A stretch of 63,958 nt of DNA, filler included, from Blastocystis sp. subtype 4 (taxonomy: Eukaryota), in NCBI RefSeq assembly GCF_000743755.1. It is 5 parts of 5 records of this genome, joined end to end, with 100 filler letters (N's around TTAATTAATTAA, not from the genome) between each part and the next. Parts side by side here need not be neighbours in the genome. Positions count along the whole stretch, not along the records: positions 44,014 to 58,276 come from NW_014569280.1; positions 58,377 to 63,958 come from NW_014569087.1; 3 more parts are not named here. One strand, written 5' to 3'. Below, piece by piece: positions 51,596-63,881 of this stretch (its first letter is position 1; each line of letters opens with the position of its first letter). The notes below the pieces were generated by a model. It was not told the origin of the DNA and ran no database searches. It worked only from the letters and a program-made list of their open reading frames with translations. The position numbers and the translations under genes were made by a program.

Positions 51596-54028
51596 ATGCA
51601 ACAAATATCTTTAGAAGGAACTGTTATCAAAGATGCATATCGGTTTACTGGTCATTCTGCTGGTATTCGAGCACTGATCGGATGGAAGAAGTTTATTTTT
51701 ACAGGTAGTGATGATAAGACAATTAAAGTAATATAATTAGGATCATATGAATTATAGATATGGGATGTCGAAACTGGATCCTGTTTGCGGACGCTCTATG
51801 GACATACAGAACGAATTCTGGCTCTTTGTATGTGGAATAGTTATCTTGTGAGTGCTGGAGTCGATACCACTGTCAAAGTCAGAACCAATCGCACGATATT
51901 ATGTTTAGATTTGGGATGTAGTGTCAGGGAAATGTGTTCGAACGATTCGAGATATTCATTCTGCTATCAATTGTCTGGTAGCAACTGATTCATATTTGTT
52001 TGCTGGATGTAAAGATGGAAAGATTCATGTTTGTCGTTGAGATCCATTTGTGAATCGTAGATGTGGACAAACCGATATCGATACAAAGGATGTCTAGAAG
52101 GACATACAGATTGGGTCAACAGCCTTTTAATATACAATAAATCGTTTTTGGTCTCCTGTAGTGACGATAAGACAGTCAGGGTAACAATAGTGGCAATTAT
52201 TGATATGTAGATTTGGGATACAAGTAATGGATCCTGTATGACGACTCTAACAGGTCATACGGAAGGTATTCGTGGAATGTGCTCATTACAGAGTTATCTT
52301 GCTACTTGTGGCAATGATTTCAATGTTTATGTGATTCAATCAGATGTAAGTGATGATTAGATATGGGATTTACGTACTGGCAAGCGAGTAACTGTCCTCC
52401 AAGGTCACTGTGATGTAGTGAGTTCTGTTGTGGTTCTGGATGGCCGTTATTTGATTAGTGCAGATCTTAGCAGTCTAGTTGTAGTAAGTATTTCTTTCGT
52501 AATGGAATGAGTAGGTTTGGGACATCAAAGAGAAGTTTAAGCGAGTCTATGAGGTCACCCTGCATTCAGCTGATGTGTATTGTCTCATGATATTCAACGA
52601 ACGACTGTACTCTTCATCCCGAGATGGTTCTGTTGTGGTAGGATTGAAAGTGGAGTATTCCTCTAGAGGTGGCCTACAATAAGCGAATTTCCGCATCTTG
52701 TTGCTGTGTTGAATCGCAAATTGAAATCAACAGGGAAACTCTCAGACAACAGTACCTTTGAGAAGGAAACCATTCAACGCCTTCATGGTACTAGTGCATC
52801 CAGTGACTAATAGATAGATGAACTTGATAAGCTTCAGGCAGAGAATACACGACTGATGGAAGATCAGTTAAATCTCCACAAGGTAGAAGAAGATGGTTGT
52901 CTGAATGGTAGAAACTCCAGAAGGAATTTCTGAATTATTCTTCTCTAAAGAAGGAAATGCTACAGCGAAGTGAAGAAGCTACAGCACTTCGAAAGGAAGT
53001 CGTTGCCTTGCGCTATGAAACGGCCAATCAACGATCCTCCATGGTAACTACAATGAAGGACATAGCTACTTCCCTTCTGGTATCTCGGCTCCTTGTAAAA
53101 CCCAAACAGCTACTTCATTAGTTAGATCTACGAGAATTATCCTCTAGCGAAAAGCGAGTACTCAGAAATAGTTAATGCTAACTGGAATCATTGTGAAGTG
53201 GTTCAGAAAACGTTTTCTCACTACATGCTTCGTAGTGAAGATCGTTTCCTACTTCTAAACCTCATTCACAAATGGTCACTCTGCAGACATCCTGGTATTC
53301 TTCCTGTGAGAATCCATTCCAATATTGATCCTTAGGTCTATGGCTGTGTCTTTCTCGAAAAGGCCCCAGTATCGATTCTCATGGAGCCTGCTCCTGCTTC
53401 TTTACGACAAGTGATGGACTATTGTTCTCGCAAGAAGTATCAGCTACCTCTGATACAACGAATCGAGTTGGCACTACAAATCACAGATGCTGTGAGTTAT
53501 CTTCACTCCTTAACTCCACCTCTGATTCACGGAAATCTTCATCCCGACAATGTATTGCTCACTTCATCATTCACTCCGAAACTCACCGATGTGGGTATGT
53601 ATAACTTTGAAAAGGGTATTCTTCATCGCAAGTACGATTCTGTCTTCATTGATGGAGACCCAACATCAACAGATGTTTTTACTCAAGCTAGCGACGTTTT
53701 CAGTCTAGGTCGTATCATTCTCTATGTAAGAATAATATCAGTGATATTATATAGCTGTTGAGAGAGGGTCGTGAGATCAAGGAGTCAAATGCCACTGATC
53801 TATCAGATATTAAGCCTGAGGGAATTCGGATTCTCATTCAGCGTTGTTGTAATCCAATATCATCAGTAAGATTGAGAATGGAAACTGATCAAGTAGAAGA
53901 GACCATCACTTGAAATAATAAAGAAGGATTTGGAGACATATAGATCAATGGTTATGAAAGAAGGAACAAAGACTTATGTGAAAATGAAGATTCTATACGA
54001 TAAGGATAATGGGTGTTATCTATTCTAA
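51596..54028 (+). CDS. WD40 repeats, coiled coil and TKL-like pseudokinase
   Basis: Repeated GH...WD units (TGSDDKTIK, SAGVDTTVK, SCSDDKTVR); kinase-like LIHGNLHPDNVLL...KLTDVG, SDVFSLG. Confidence 0.75.
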
Positions 54029-54287
54029 GTTATTATTAATTGTTGTAAGCAAAGGAATTGCATTGATCACATGTCCAGGTTTACTTTTATAATGGTCTCC
54101 AACATACATCAAGAATAAAGGTGAATGTATTCTGTTGATATTTCATTATTGATTGAATTTGGAAATGAATTCATATAAGAAGAGTATATGAGATATGGAC
54201 CTATCAAATCAGTCAATTTCTTCACATATCAAATTAATGGAATCATATTCATAAAGAATAATGAACAATTAGATGATATGAATCATT

Positions 54288-54386
54288 CAAATCAAGAGTG
54301 AATAACAAGATTCTAACAATGATGAGATTGATAAGAAACAAATGTAGTCAATTCATTAATATATGATAAACAACTATCTGATGATT
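54288..54386 (-). repeat. 99-bp repeat, copy 2 (inverted)
   Basis: Exact reverse complement of 44014-44112. Confidence 0.93.
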
Positions 54387-54929
54387 CAGTAACTGAATGA
54401 GAGTTTGAATACTAGAAAGATTTGTTTCTTGTGGAATACTATCATTTGTTTATAGATATCAACTATCTCAAATCAAGTGAGTAAGAGAAGAACTAGCTCA
54501 AATAACCAGTTACCATTTCTTTTGAATAAAGAGAAGAAAGATTTCAGTAAACAAGAGTAGTCTCACTCATTACTCTTCACTTTCAATTCAATCAAATCTA
54601 TATGATAATAGATTTGATTTCAAGAATTATTCATTTAACAGTGATAGAGTGAAGTTGAGTCAGATTCACTCAGTCAAGCCTCTAAACTCAGTTCTATATC
54701 CATTTCTTAAATCATTCTTTCATTATCATATACATCGTCTCTCTTCAAGTTTTGTCTTTCAGATTCAAAATAGTTCATTCTTCAATCATTCTATTCTATG
54801 ATACATTCTACATTAATATCTATAATTGAATATCATTCATATTCAACAAAAGTATGGATAGAATGAATTGGACCCTAATTATCAATAATCAGATTTGTTT
54901 CCATTTCATTCCTACTTCCTTCCTAAAGC

Positions 54930-55996
54930 ATGTCAACTGGAGTTAAACGATATGATTTCTATAGAAAGGCTATAGATGGTTTACAAACTAAGAGTTCTGT
55001 TGGTGGGTTGAGTAGTTCTTGTTTCTTTGTTTTGATTGTTTAGTATCTCTTATTGGTGGATCTATAATAATAATTCTTGTCTATTTGCAGACTTCCTCTT
55101 TCCTTTCTCTTAAGACTTCTACAACACTTACAGTTCGAGCCCAGATGGATAGTGCAATTCCTACTCATCTTGATATTAGTTTCTTTCATTTATCTTGTGA
55201 AAGTATTGTTTCTGTTTTGTTTTCACTTTGTAGATGTTGATATTCATTTTGAAAACACGAAATCAAAGCCTGTATCAGATGTGATTGTAAGTATTTGAAA
55301 GAGAGTTGAAATGAAGTTGAGTCGAACTCCACTTCCTTCAGTTGATAATGGAATAAGTGAAGGATGTAGAGTTAATGCTTCATTTAATATTTATCCTGTT
55401 TGTGTTCTTCTGTTCGTTAAGGAGTAGGGTGAAGGGAATTTCCATATTGCTCTTTCAAGAACAAATTTGAACTTTGGTATGGTATGATATGAAATGAATG
55501 GTTAAAAGAAAGCACAATCATCTTTACAGTTCAGAGGATCTTCAACACTTCAATTGTTCTCATATGATTCATTCTCTTTCTTTTGGTTCTTCTATTGGAG
55601 AAGAGAAGGATACTTTGTCTTCCTATGAAGCAAATGCTTCTACAGGTTATATTTTTGTTTATTATGTTATGAATAGACTTTAATCATGTTACCTATTTCC
55701 TCAAATTGATTCCTGTTGATTTAGTTTCTGTGAAAGGTGTTGTAACAAGTACTTATCAATACAGTGTAACTGAATACACACAACGATTGGATTCACCTTC
55801 TTTCTTCTCTCGTGTTTCTCCTGGTGTCTTTTTCAAGTATCAACTTACTCCTCTTAGTATGAAGAAACAACAATATCGAACTGGATTTCTTCAATTCTAT
55901 ACGACTCTCTGTTCAATCATAGGAGGTGTAATAACTGTTTCTGGAATTGTTCAAGCACTTCTTACTCATACTGTGATACCAGCAAAACGTGATTAG
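54930..55996 (+). CDS. ERGIC/Erv41-Erv46 family COPII vesicle protein
   Basis: KRYDFYRK...SSVGG, EGCRV, GNFHI, FNCSHMIHSLSFG, YQYSVTE, PGVFFKYQLTP, LCSIIGGV. Confidence 0.85.
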
Positions 55997-56088
55997 ATTT
56001 TGTAGATTAGAATGATTGATTGTTTGTTCTTACTTTCCTTCTCTTCTTTTGAGTTGATTGAATATTTGTTGTGATTGATTAAACAATC

Positions 56089-58004
56089 ATGGATAAGAAA
56101 GTAAATGAAATGAGGAAATGATTTGAATAGTAGATCATTCATAAGTTCAGACTCCTTGGATTATCTCTTCGAAAAGATGCTTTGATTGCTATTAAAGAGA
56201 TTATACAACAGTATTGAATATTTGTTTACTCTTTCATTCTAGAACAGACAAAGTTGATGATACACTCAATATTGTATCATCAAATATTGCTAAATTATGT
56301 ACAAGAGGTATTTGATTGGATTAGATTTGAAATGAAGGTAGTATTGTAGAAGAGTATCAAGTAAGACAAGTAATGAATGGATATGAAGGAAATGAATGGA
56401 ATTGTAAAGAAGAAGTATTTGGTGTATATAATGCTTTTACTACTCCTCTTCTTCGATATGAAGGAAGTACTCGTCAATATTCATTGTATTCTTAATATAA
56501 TCATTTTGATATTTAGACAAGAAAGTAATACAACTTTCTTATTTGAGTCTTCTTATCGAAGTAGTATTCCTTCAGAAAGGTGAATTATATTCTATTTGAT
56601 TGAAGAATAGTCTTGCAATTGTGAAATCGCGTGTATTGCGAAGTAAACAATTTGACTCAAATACTGAAGTTCCTCCTCTAGTTGCTATTGAGAGTCTATT
56701 AGGGATACAAACAGATTCTTCCTTTGTTTCTCTTCTTGGAGTTCTTTCTCGAAATCCTTCCAATCTCAATGAATTCTTTCTTGAAGATCAACCTGGTCGT
56801 ATTCTTCTCGATCTTACTCAGACTGTTCATTTTTGATATCATTCTAATGACTAGGAATTTCAAAGTGGTTTCTTTTGTGAAGGAATGATTGTTTTGGTTG
56901 TAGGAGTGATTCAAGGATCTGTGTTCTATGTTCAATCAATGTGTCATCCTCCTGCTGAACGTCGAATCACTTCATTGAATCTTCTTCACGAAGTGGAATA
57001 TTTGGATGTGATTCCTGGAAGTGATGTAACGAAATTGATTGAAATTGAATGTAGAAAGAAGAATCATTACGACATGAAGAAGAAGAGAATGAAACAATGT
57101 TTGTGATTCTGAATGAGGTTGAATTGGATCATCCAAAGGTTTCATTTGATTGATTGATTGATTGATAGACAATGAAACGATTGAATAAGGTATTTGAAGG
57201 ATATTCATTGATTTCGCCTCCTCCCATATTCATTCTTATAGGAGATTTCATTTCATCTTCATTCTCTCTTGGTATCTCTCTTTCTTCTCTTTCATTTAGA
57301 TTCATCTGGAATCACACATCTTATTCGTCTCTTCGATTCGTTGACTTCAATTCTTCAATCTTATCCTACACTCATTCAGAATGCTCATTTCATATTCATT
57401 CCTGGTCCTCGAGATGTTGGATCTACTGGACTTCTTCCTCAATTTCCTGTATATTCCTTCTCTTTCTCAGACTCTAGTTGAGTTCATTCCTCACATCTAC
57501 ACTTCAATCTCTATTCAAAGACCATCCTGATCATCTCATATTCACTTCAAATCCTTCAAGGTATCTGATATGTTGAGACTGTTATATAGAATTCGATTCT
57601 GTACACAAGAGATATGTGTGTTTCGAGATGATTTGTTACAGCGCTTAACAACAAATGCAATCAATTCTACAATGACAACAGATGTGAATGAATGTGTATG
57701 AGTATATGAAGGATTGAATGTAGTTGGTAAAGACAGTGATTCGTCAAGGAACATTGAGTCCATTCACTTATCATTCCATGCCTCGTTCTCCTGTTCTTGA
57801 ACCATTTCTTCGTCTATTTCCATTACCTGATCTTGTATATTGTGTTGTAATGAGATGTGATTCTAGTTGATAATTGGAGAGAAACGAAGTCAAATGATTC
57901 TTGAATACAGTGGTTGTCAAGTTGTGATTCCTGGTTCCTTTGTAGAAGGAAAGTTTGTTGTATATCGTCCTTCAACAAGAGAAACAGAATTTAGTGAAGT
58001 ATAG
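56089..58004 (+). CDS. POLE2: DNA polymerase epsilon subunit 2
   Basis: FFLEDQPGRILLDL, GFFCEGMIVLVVG, HPPAER, PPIFILIGDF, FIFIPGPRD, LLPQFP, LRLFPLPDL. Confidence 0.88.
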
Positions 58005-58276
58005 ATTTGTATGTTGTTTGTTTGATCGATACTCGTACGAATGGATTCTTACTTCATCAGTTCACTCTGTTCCATTTCATATTCAAGTCATTTACCATAT
58101 CCCAAAGTATTCTATACTCATTCTACATTCATTCATTCTATTCTTCATTCATTCCATTCTTCATCAATGATTCATCATTTCATCATCAATGAAACTCCTT
58201 CACATTTCGACGTTTCCACAATTGATCAAACCACTCAAAGAATCATCCTTTCATATCCATTAGACAATGTTCGGAC

Positions 58277-58376
58277 NNNNNNNNNNNNNNNNNNNNNNNN
58301 NNNNNNNNNNNNNNNNNNNNTTAATTAATTAANNNNNNNNNNNNNNNNNNNNNNNNNNNNNNNNNNNNNNNNNNNN
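58277..58376. other. Assembly gap linker
   Basis: N44-TTAATTAATTAA-N44. Confidence 0.97.
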
Positions 58377-58521
58377 TGCTGCTGGACATGAGTTCGCCAC
58401 TCGTCTCTCCAATGTGTTCGTGATTGGTGAGGGAGCTGAACCCATGGTCTCTCTTCCTAAGGGAAATGGCATCAAACTGACCATCATCGAGGAGAAGAAG
58501 GCCAGAGAACACAGAGCTTAA
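58377..58521 (+). CDS. RPS4: 40S ribosomal protein S4, C-terminal fragment
   Basis: [15 protein letters not shown]...[16 protein letters not shown]. Confidence 0.92.
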
Positions 58522-58584
58522 GTGACGAAGGAATGGGTTGTGTTATATGGAGTTGGATTGTTTGTTCATAATTGTTTTGGGCAG

Positions 58585-58917
58585 ATGGAAGAGGAGAGTG
58601 ATAATCATCAGGGAGGAAGATTTAAAGTGAAAGAGTGGAATGCTGTTGTCATGTGGTCTTGGAATACGGATGTTGATACATGTGCCATTTGCCGAAGCAA
58701 ATTGATGACCTTGTGTATTGATTGTCAGGCAAAAGTGAATTCAGGTGAGAAAGGAGACTGCAAAGTTTGGTTTGAGAGGGTTGTTGATATTTAGGTTGCG
58801 TGGGGTGCATGTAATCATGCATTTCATGCTCACTGCATTAATCGATGGCTACAAACGAAGAAAGAGTGTCCTCTTGATATGAAGCCATGGGTATTAAAGA
58901 AGACGGATTCGCTGTAA
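58585..58917 (+). CDS. RBX1: RING-box protein (RBX1-like)
   Basis: [21 protein letters not shown]...[23 protein letters not shown]. Confidence 0.88.
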
Positions 58918-58965
58918 CATTTCAATGTTTTATAAAACAAACAACATCACGAATCAATGTACACT

Positions 58966-59806
58966 TTACTGAATTACTTGTTTCTTAATTAGGACCTTAC
59001 GAATGGAATACACCTGTACAACAGCAACAAAAATCATAACCAAGGCTTCTAGCAAACTCCATACTATAATCATACGATTATCACTATCATCTTCATCACG
59101 AACTTCCTTTTCCTTTGTCTATTCATCATCACAATGAGCCATTAATTACATTTTGATATTCCATTTCCTGTGTCATCTCCTTTAAGACCTTGACAAGGGA
59201 GTTCACAGTAGTATCAATTTCCGTCATATCTTCAATTTTGGCTAATTTGGTTGTGTTCAAGTGTTGAATACCATGCTCGACTTCGAAATAGAAACGCTAG
59301 ACATGAGTTGAGGAAGAAGCACAAACAAGAGGATTTCCATATTCCCAGAACTCGTCTGGAAGCGGCCGTGTTAACGAAACGCAAATGCTATACATGCCCG
59401 ATTCATATGGAGTGAATACCACTTTACCCTTTCAATCAATTTCAATATCGATTCCTACGACATCCTTCGCATTTGTTTCCATAAAGCGTGTTCCTAAAGG
59501 AGAAACCACATAGATTTGTGTATTCTGATGGTTGACTATTGATCCATTTCCCTACAAGTTCCTCTTCGCCATCATAATCGGGTTTGTACAGAAATAGGTC
59601 GTAGTTTCTGTATTTGAAGACAATGGGCTTTCCATCAACTTGCTTCTCTCCAATACAGAAAGGTTTTCCCTAACGGTCGTTTCAGTCATTTATTTGTACG
59701 TATTCAAGATAGAAGTATAGACCGCTTGTTGACGCTATACATTATGTCACAAAGTGTATTCACAACAGAATAGCAGAATCAATACCAAGAGGAACTGTCG
59801 AATCAT
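58966..59806 (-). CDS. emp24/gp25L/p24 family (TMED) protein
   Basis: Signal peptide, GOLD-like region (GMYSICVS), coiled coil, IVWSLLEALVMIFVAVVQVYSIRKVL TM tail. Confidence 0.8.
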
Positions 59807-59917
59807 GTCAGTCACGCGAAAATAAACGAAAAAGAAGTCGACTAAAATTGGCCTGATTTTTGGAACTGTCTTCAACTCTGATATCTTAAATCGAGGAGTT
59901 TCCCTTTCTACTTTATC

Positions 59918-60527
59918 ATGGTATGTTCCTGGATGTTGCGAGATCCTTGTATCTCACTTTTTAAGGGATGGAATGAGGTCCTGTTTCTCTGGAACTCTAC
60001 CACCTCTTGGCTCCTGTTTCCAGTTTATAACATACTTTTAGGGTCGTGTGCGTACTAAGACTGTCAAGAAGACTGCTGCCAACATTGTCGAGAAGTACTA
60101 TCAGAAGCTCGCTATGGACTTCGATAACAACAAGAGATTTGCAGAGAGTTGTGATGGTTAGATTGTTGATGAGTGTGCTGATTTCCCTTCCAAGAGAATG
60201 AGAAACAAGATCGCTGGATATGTCACTGTTGCAATTGTTGGATGATTTATGATAGACTAGCATCTAATGAAGAGAATCCAGAGAGGACCTGTTCGTGGTA
60301 TTTCTCTGAAGCTTCAGGAGGAGGAGAGAGAGCGTCGTCTCGATTTCATTCCTGCTGTGTCGGCTCTCCAGAAGGATCAGATTGAGGTGGATGCTGATAC
60401 GAACGATATGCTGAAGGCGATGGATGTGAAGATTGAGGGATTGAAGATCGTTGGAAACAGAAAGGTGAGAGAATGTGGAAGAGATGATGTGTAGTTCCGT
60501 AGCCATAAGAAGCCTCAGCAGCACTAA
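59918..60527 (+). CDS. RPS17: 40S ribosomal protein S17
   Basis: [11 protein letters not shown]...[34 protein letters not shown]. Confidence 0.97.
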
Positions 60528-60623
60528 GGCACTTCCTTGGAGATGGATTTGGTATTCATTTGGATGATTCCTCAATAAATTGTTTGTTTTGGAACTACAT
60601 TTGTGAGAAGAGGGCATACAATC

Positions 60624-61837
60624 ATGTCTGCTATTGTTCGAAAAGTGGAATCCGATGCGGAGATCGCTTTTAGGAATAATCCTACATCTCCAAAAGCACC
60701 AAGAGATGTCTATATCAAAGTTCTCACGGAGTTGACGAATAGTCTGGAAAGTGCGTCAACAGAAACAAAACGCTCTCAGATTGAAGCTGATATATGTGAT
60801 CTATATATTTCAAGAGCTGCAATGGAAATCCGCTTGAAGCAGAAGAAGCAAGCCAAACTAGTGTTTGATGAGGCACTCTCACGCGAATATTGCAAGAAAA
60901 GTGCAAAGTTATGGAAAGCCTACATCTCTTTCTATATTAAAGAAGGCAAGGTGGAATCAGCTCGTAAGTATTTTGAGAAAGCTGTAAACAGTGTGGATGT
61001 ATCGATTGGGCTGGAGGTTGATATGTAGTCATCCATGGTATATCAGATTTGGGAGTTTTGGGTCCAATTCGAACGAAATGCAGGACGAGCCGACTTGACA
61101 ATTCATCAACTGAAAGCAGAAGTGATGAAAACTGGAGGGAACTCAACACAGGCTTCTTGTGTATCTCAAATTCAACGATTACTGACAAATAACGGTACTA
61201 TCGATATTAACGCACTGAGCGGTACCATTTGTCAAATCGCTTAAGAGTAGAGTCCAATGGTCGTTCTGTCCATCGGGATCATCGTATGATGTGTCTTTTT
61301 CAAGAGCCGCCTCCAGACATCAACAATGTTCAGGGAACGGATGATGCTCCTGACATTCCTGAGAAGATCTTGTACTATCTTGGAGTTGTGTTAACCGATC
61401 CTCAGGTGTTTGATATCATTGACACAATGCGTGTAAGCGTGGTTAAGAGAGGTGAATAGTAGCAAATCCAGCTGGATTATATGCAGGAGTTGGATTTGTC
61501 ACAGCAGTTGTATTACAGTTTGCTTAGAATGTGGATCTGAGGAATAGATGAACTGTACAATCGATATAAGAACATTGATCTGTCTCCAGAAGAAATCCGT
61601 GAACGATGTGAAGCAGAAATGGTGGTTATATACAAAAGCGAGACTGATGGTGTAAGTAAGGTAAGATTAGCACTATGAGGTGAAGTGTAGTTGACTAAAG
61701 ACTTTCAGGAGATCTTGAATCATGCAGGATTGCCTGGATTTTGTGCTACTGAGGAGCGTAATCAGCTGAAGGTTCAACGTCATCTGATTAAGTTGATTCA
61801 ACTACTAGGACAAGAGCGAAAACAAGGTGTATTATAG
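60624..61837 (+). CDS. HAT/TPR-repeat protein with C-terminal DGCR6-like domain
   Basis: HAT-like LWKAYISF...ARKYFEKA, IWEFWVQFE; DGCR6-like IPEKILYYLGVVLTDPQVFDII and ILNHAGLPGFCATE...LIKLI. Confidence 0.65.
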
Positions 61838-61848
61838 AGTTCTTTGTT

Positions 61849-62306
61849 TCAAATAACAGGACAACCAAACGTATTCTCTCCACTGTACGTCACATAGAGA
61901 AACCCATCCCTATCTTTCTTGGATTCATAGAGGACAGATAGGAGCATTCCAGTGGGTGGTACAGATCCGTTCACAAAGATGAACATTGCCGTCTTCGGAG
62001 GGAGCTGAATCCGCTTTCTCAGAATGTATAAAAACTGTCCTACTGTAATATGATCTGGAATAAGGAATCTATCCATGAGGATTCACACCCATCAAGACTT
62101 ATGTTTCTCCAATAACGGGATATCACTTTTCCTGTCTCGTTCACAGATTGCCTACATCATTAAATGAACCGTTTGAGTGATACAGGAATACGATTCGGCC
62201 ATCGTGCACGGAGTTTCTCTGATTCGAGCATTCTCTCTTCTGCAGTGTTAATTATCATCCTAAATACCAAACCAAAGGTATGTTGCTTCTTATACTCGTT
62301 GTTCAT
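61849..62306 (-). CDS. ATG8: Autophagy protein ATG8
   Basis: YKKQHTFEER...WPNRIPVICE...[12 protein letters not shown]...[15 protein letters not shown]. Confidence 0.95.
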
Positions 62307-62351
62307 GTATTATTTGGGAGGAAGGATTTGAATCCCTTTTTAGTGATATTG

Positions 62352-62359
62352 AACAAACA
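62352..62359 (-). terminator. TGTTTGTT polyadenylation element (VAMP7)
   Basis: aaa aag T|attc TGTTTGTT. Confidence 0.8.
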
Positions 62360-62363
62360 GAAT

Positions 62364-63155
62364 ACTTTTTAGAAGATTTCGTAAGAATCGGAATGGTGAT
62401 GATTGCTGCAATGATCAAAACGATGAGACAAACCACGCCATAGAGTCTCCAGTGTTCCCACATGGTATGTCGTTTCAGTCGTGTAGCGTCGTTTCGGAAC
62501 AACTATTTGTTAGTCGTGTCACCATCTTGAACTGTTGCTGTTTCGGCTAAGTCTGCAGTACGATCAATAACCAGTTCAAGACGTTCACCCCTCTGAAGGA
62601 TCTTATCGATGTTGCTTGTCATCACATCCTTGATTTCGTCCATTTGGACCATAACTTTCCCAGCACGATCAGGAGATGAATTGTTGTAACGATTCTATTT
62701 GGTACTAGCTCTCAGCTCCATACCATTAACACATTGAGAGACGATGCAAAGGCGGTGAAGCAGAAAGGTTGCTGCGAATAGATATTCTCACTATGTAACA
62801 TTAATAGAACCACTACTCACCCATAAATAGCAATGAACTCCTCACTAACGGCGTTCAAGTAACTGAAGACAGTCCGAAGTGGAACGGCTCGATGCGAAAC
62901 TGCTATGTACATGATGTGGTTTTTGTTCATCACAGAAATGTCAAACGATCTACCCATTATCCCATGTAGCATTGGATACTTGTCGTAATGATACGTGTGA
63001 CTGCCTTCAGTAGGTAATTTGGGAAGGAGAATGTGAGTAACTTGCATAAAATTCCCAGAATGAACAAATTGGGGAGATCGGTTAACCTCTTCCACCAAAA
63101 CTGTTCCCTGTCTTGCAATCGTCGTGTAGATGATACTCTTAGGAGCTTTCGTCAT
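62364..63155 (-). CDS. VAMP7: VAMP7-like longin R-SNARE; stop probably completed by poly(A)
   Basis: Longin IIYTTIARQGTVLVE; SNARE EIKDVMTSNIDKILQRGERLELVIDRTADL; C-terminal TM. Confidence 0.88.
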
Positions 63156-63275
63156 TCTTTTACTGATGGTCATGACGAAGAAGGGGGATGGGATATTTCC
63201 TTTCAACAAACAGAATGTCATGTCAGGAACAGACAAAAATAGCGCAAACACATGGAAAGAACTCGACTCAAATCT

Positions 63276-63711
63276 CTAGACAGCGCGATAAAAACCATGC
63301 ATGAATGAAAGCAGAATATTCACTACCAATTAGAGACGATTATTACGACATACCTCCATCAGCAATAGAAATAGTCGTTTGATTTGGAAGTAGTTCTGGT
63401 TTGGTAGAAATACAACGATCCAACTTGTGAACGATTTGAGATCGTTTACTTAACGACCTCTCATGGATCTTTTCATGACGGCGCAAATGATCCGATCGAG
63501 AGGCCTGATACGAACAAAACTTGCAACAATAGGGTTTTTCTTTGGTATGAGTTCGTTCATGTCTTCTTAGATGACCTGGCCGAATCGTTCGGTAGTGACA
63601 ACCCTCAAAGCAACAACAATATACCTTTGCTCCAGGAGGGAAACCTACGAATGATACTTCCATTCCTTTTTTACTTTCAAAATGCGATTCACACGAAACA
63701 GCAACTGACAT
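63276..63711 (-). CDS. C2H2 zinc-finger transcription factor; ends approximate
   Basis: CFEGCHYRTIRPGHLRRHERTHTKEKPYCCKFCSYQASRSDHLRRHEKIH. Confidence 0.85.
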
Positions 63712-63881
63712 AAATAAGATATCTATACTAGAAATGGGAATGAGCTTAGGGGGATAGTTATTTGAATTGTAGAAATGGTGAATTGTGGAAACTCATATCT
63801 TCTCATTAACCTCCTATGATCCCCCATTCTATCAACAAACACAATCACATTTGAAGGACCAATAAACAACTCCGCATTGAC

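Noticed and set aside
57145..57170. (TGAT)n microsatellite
   Set aside because: Short intronic low-complexity tract in POLE2; no evidence of function
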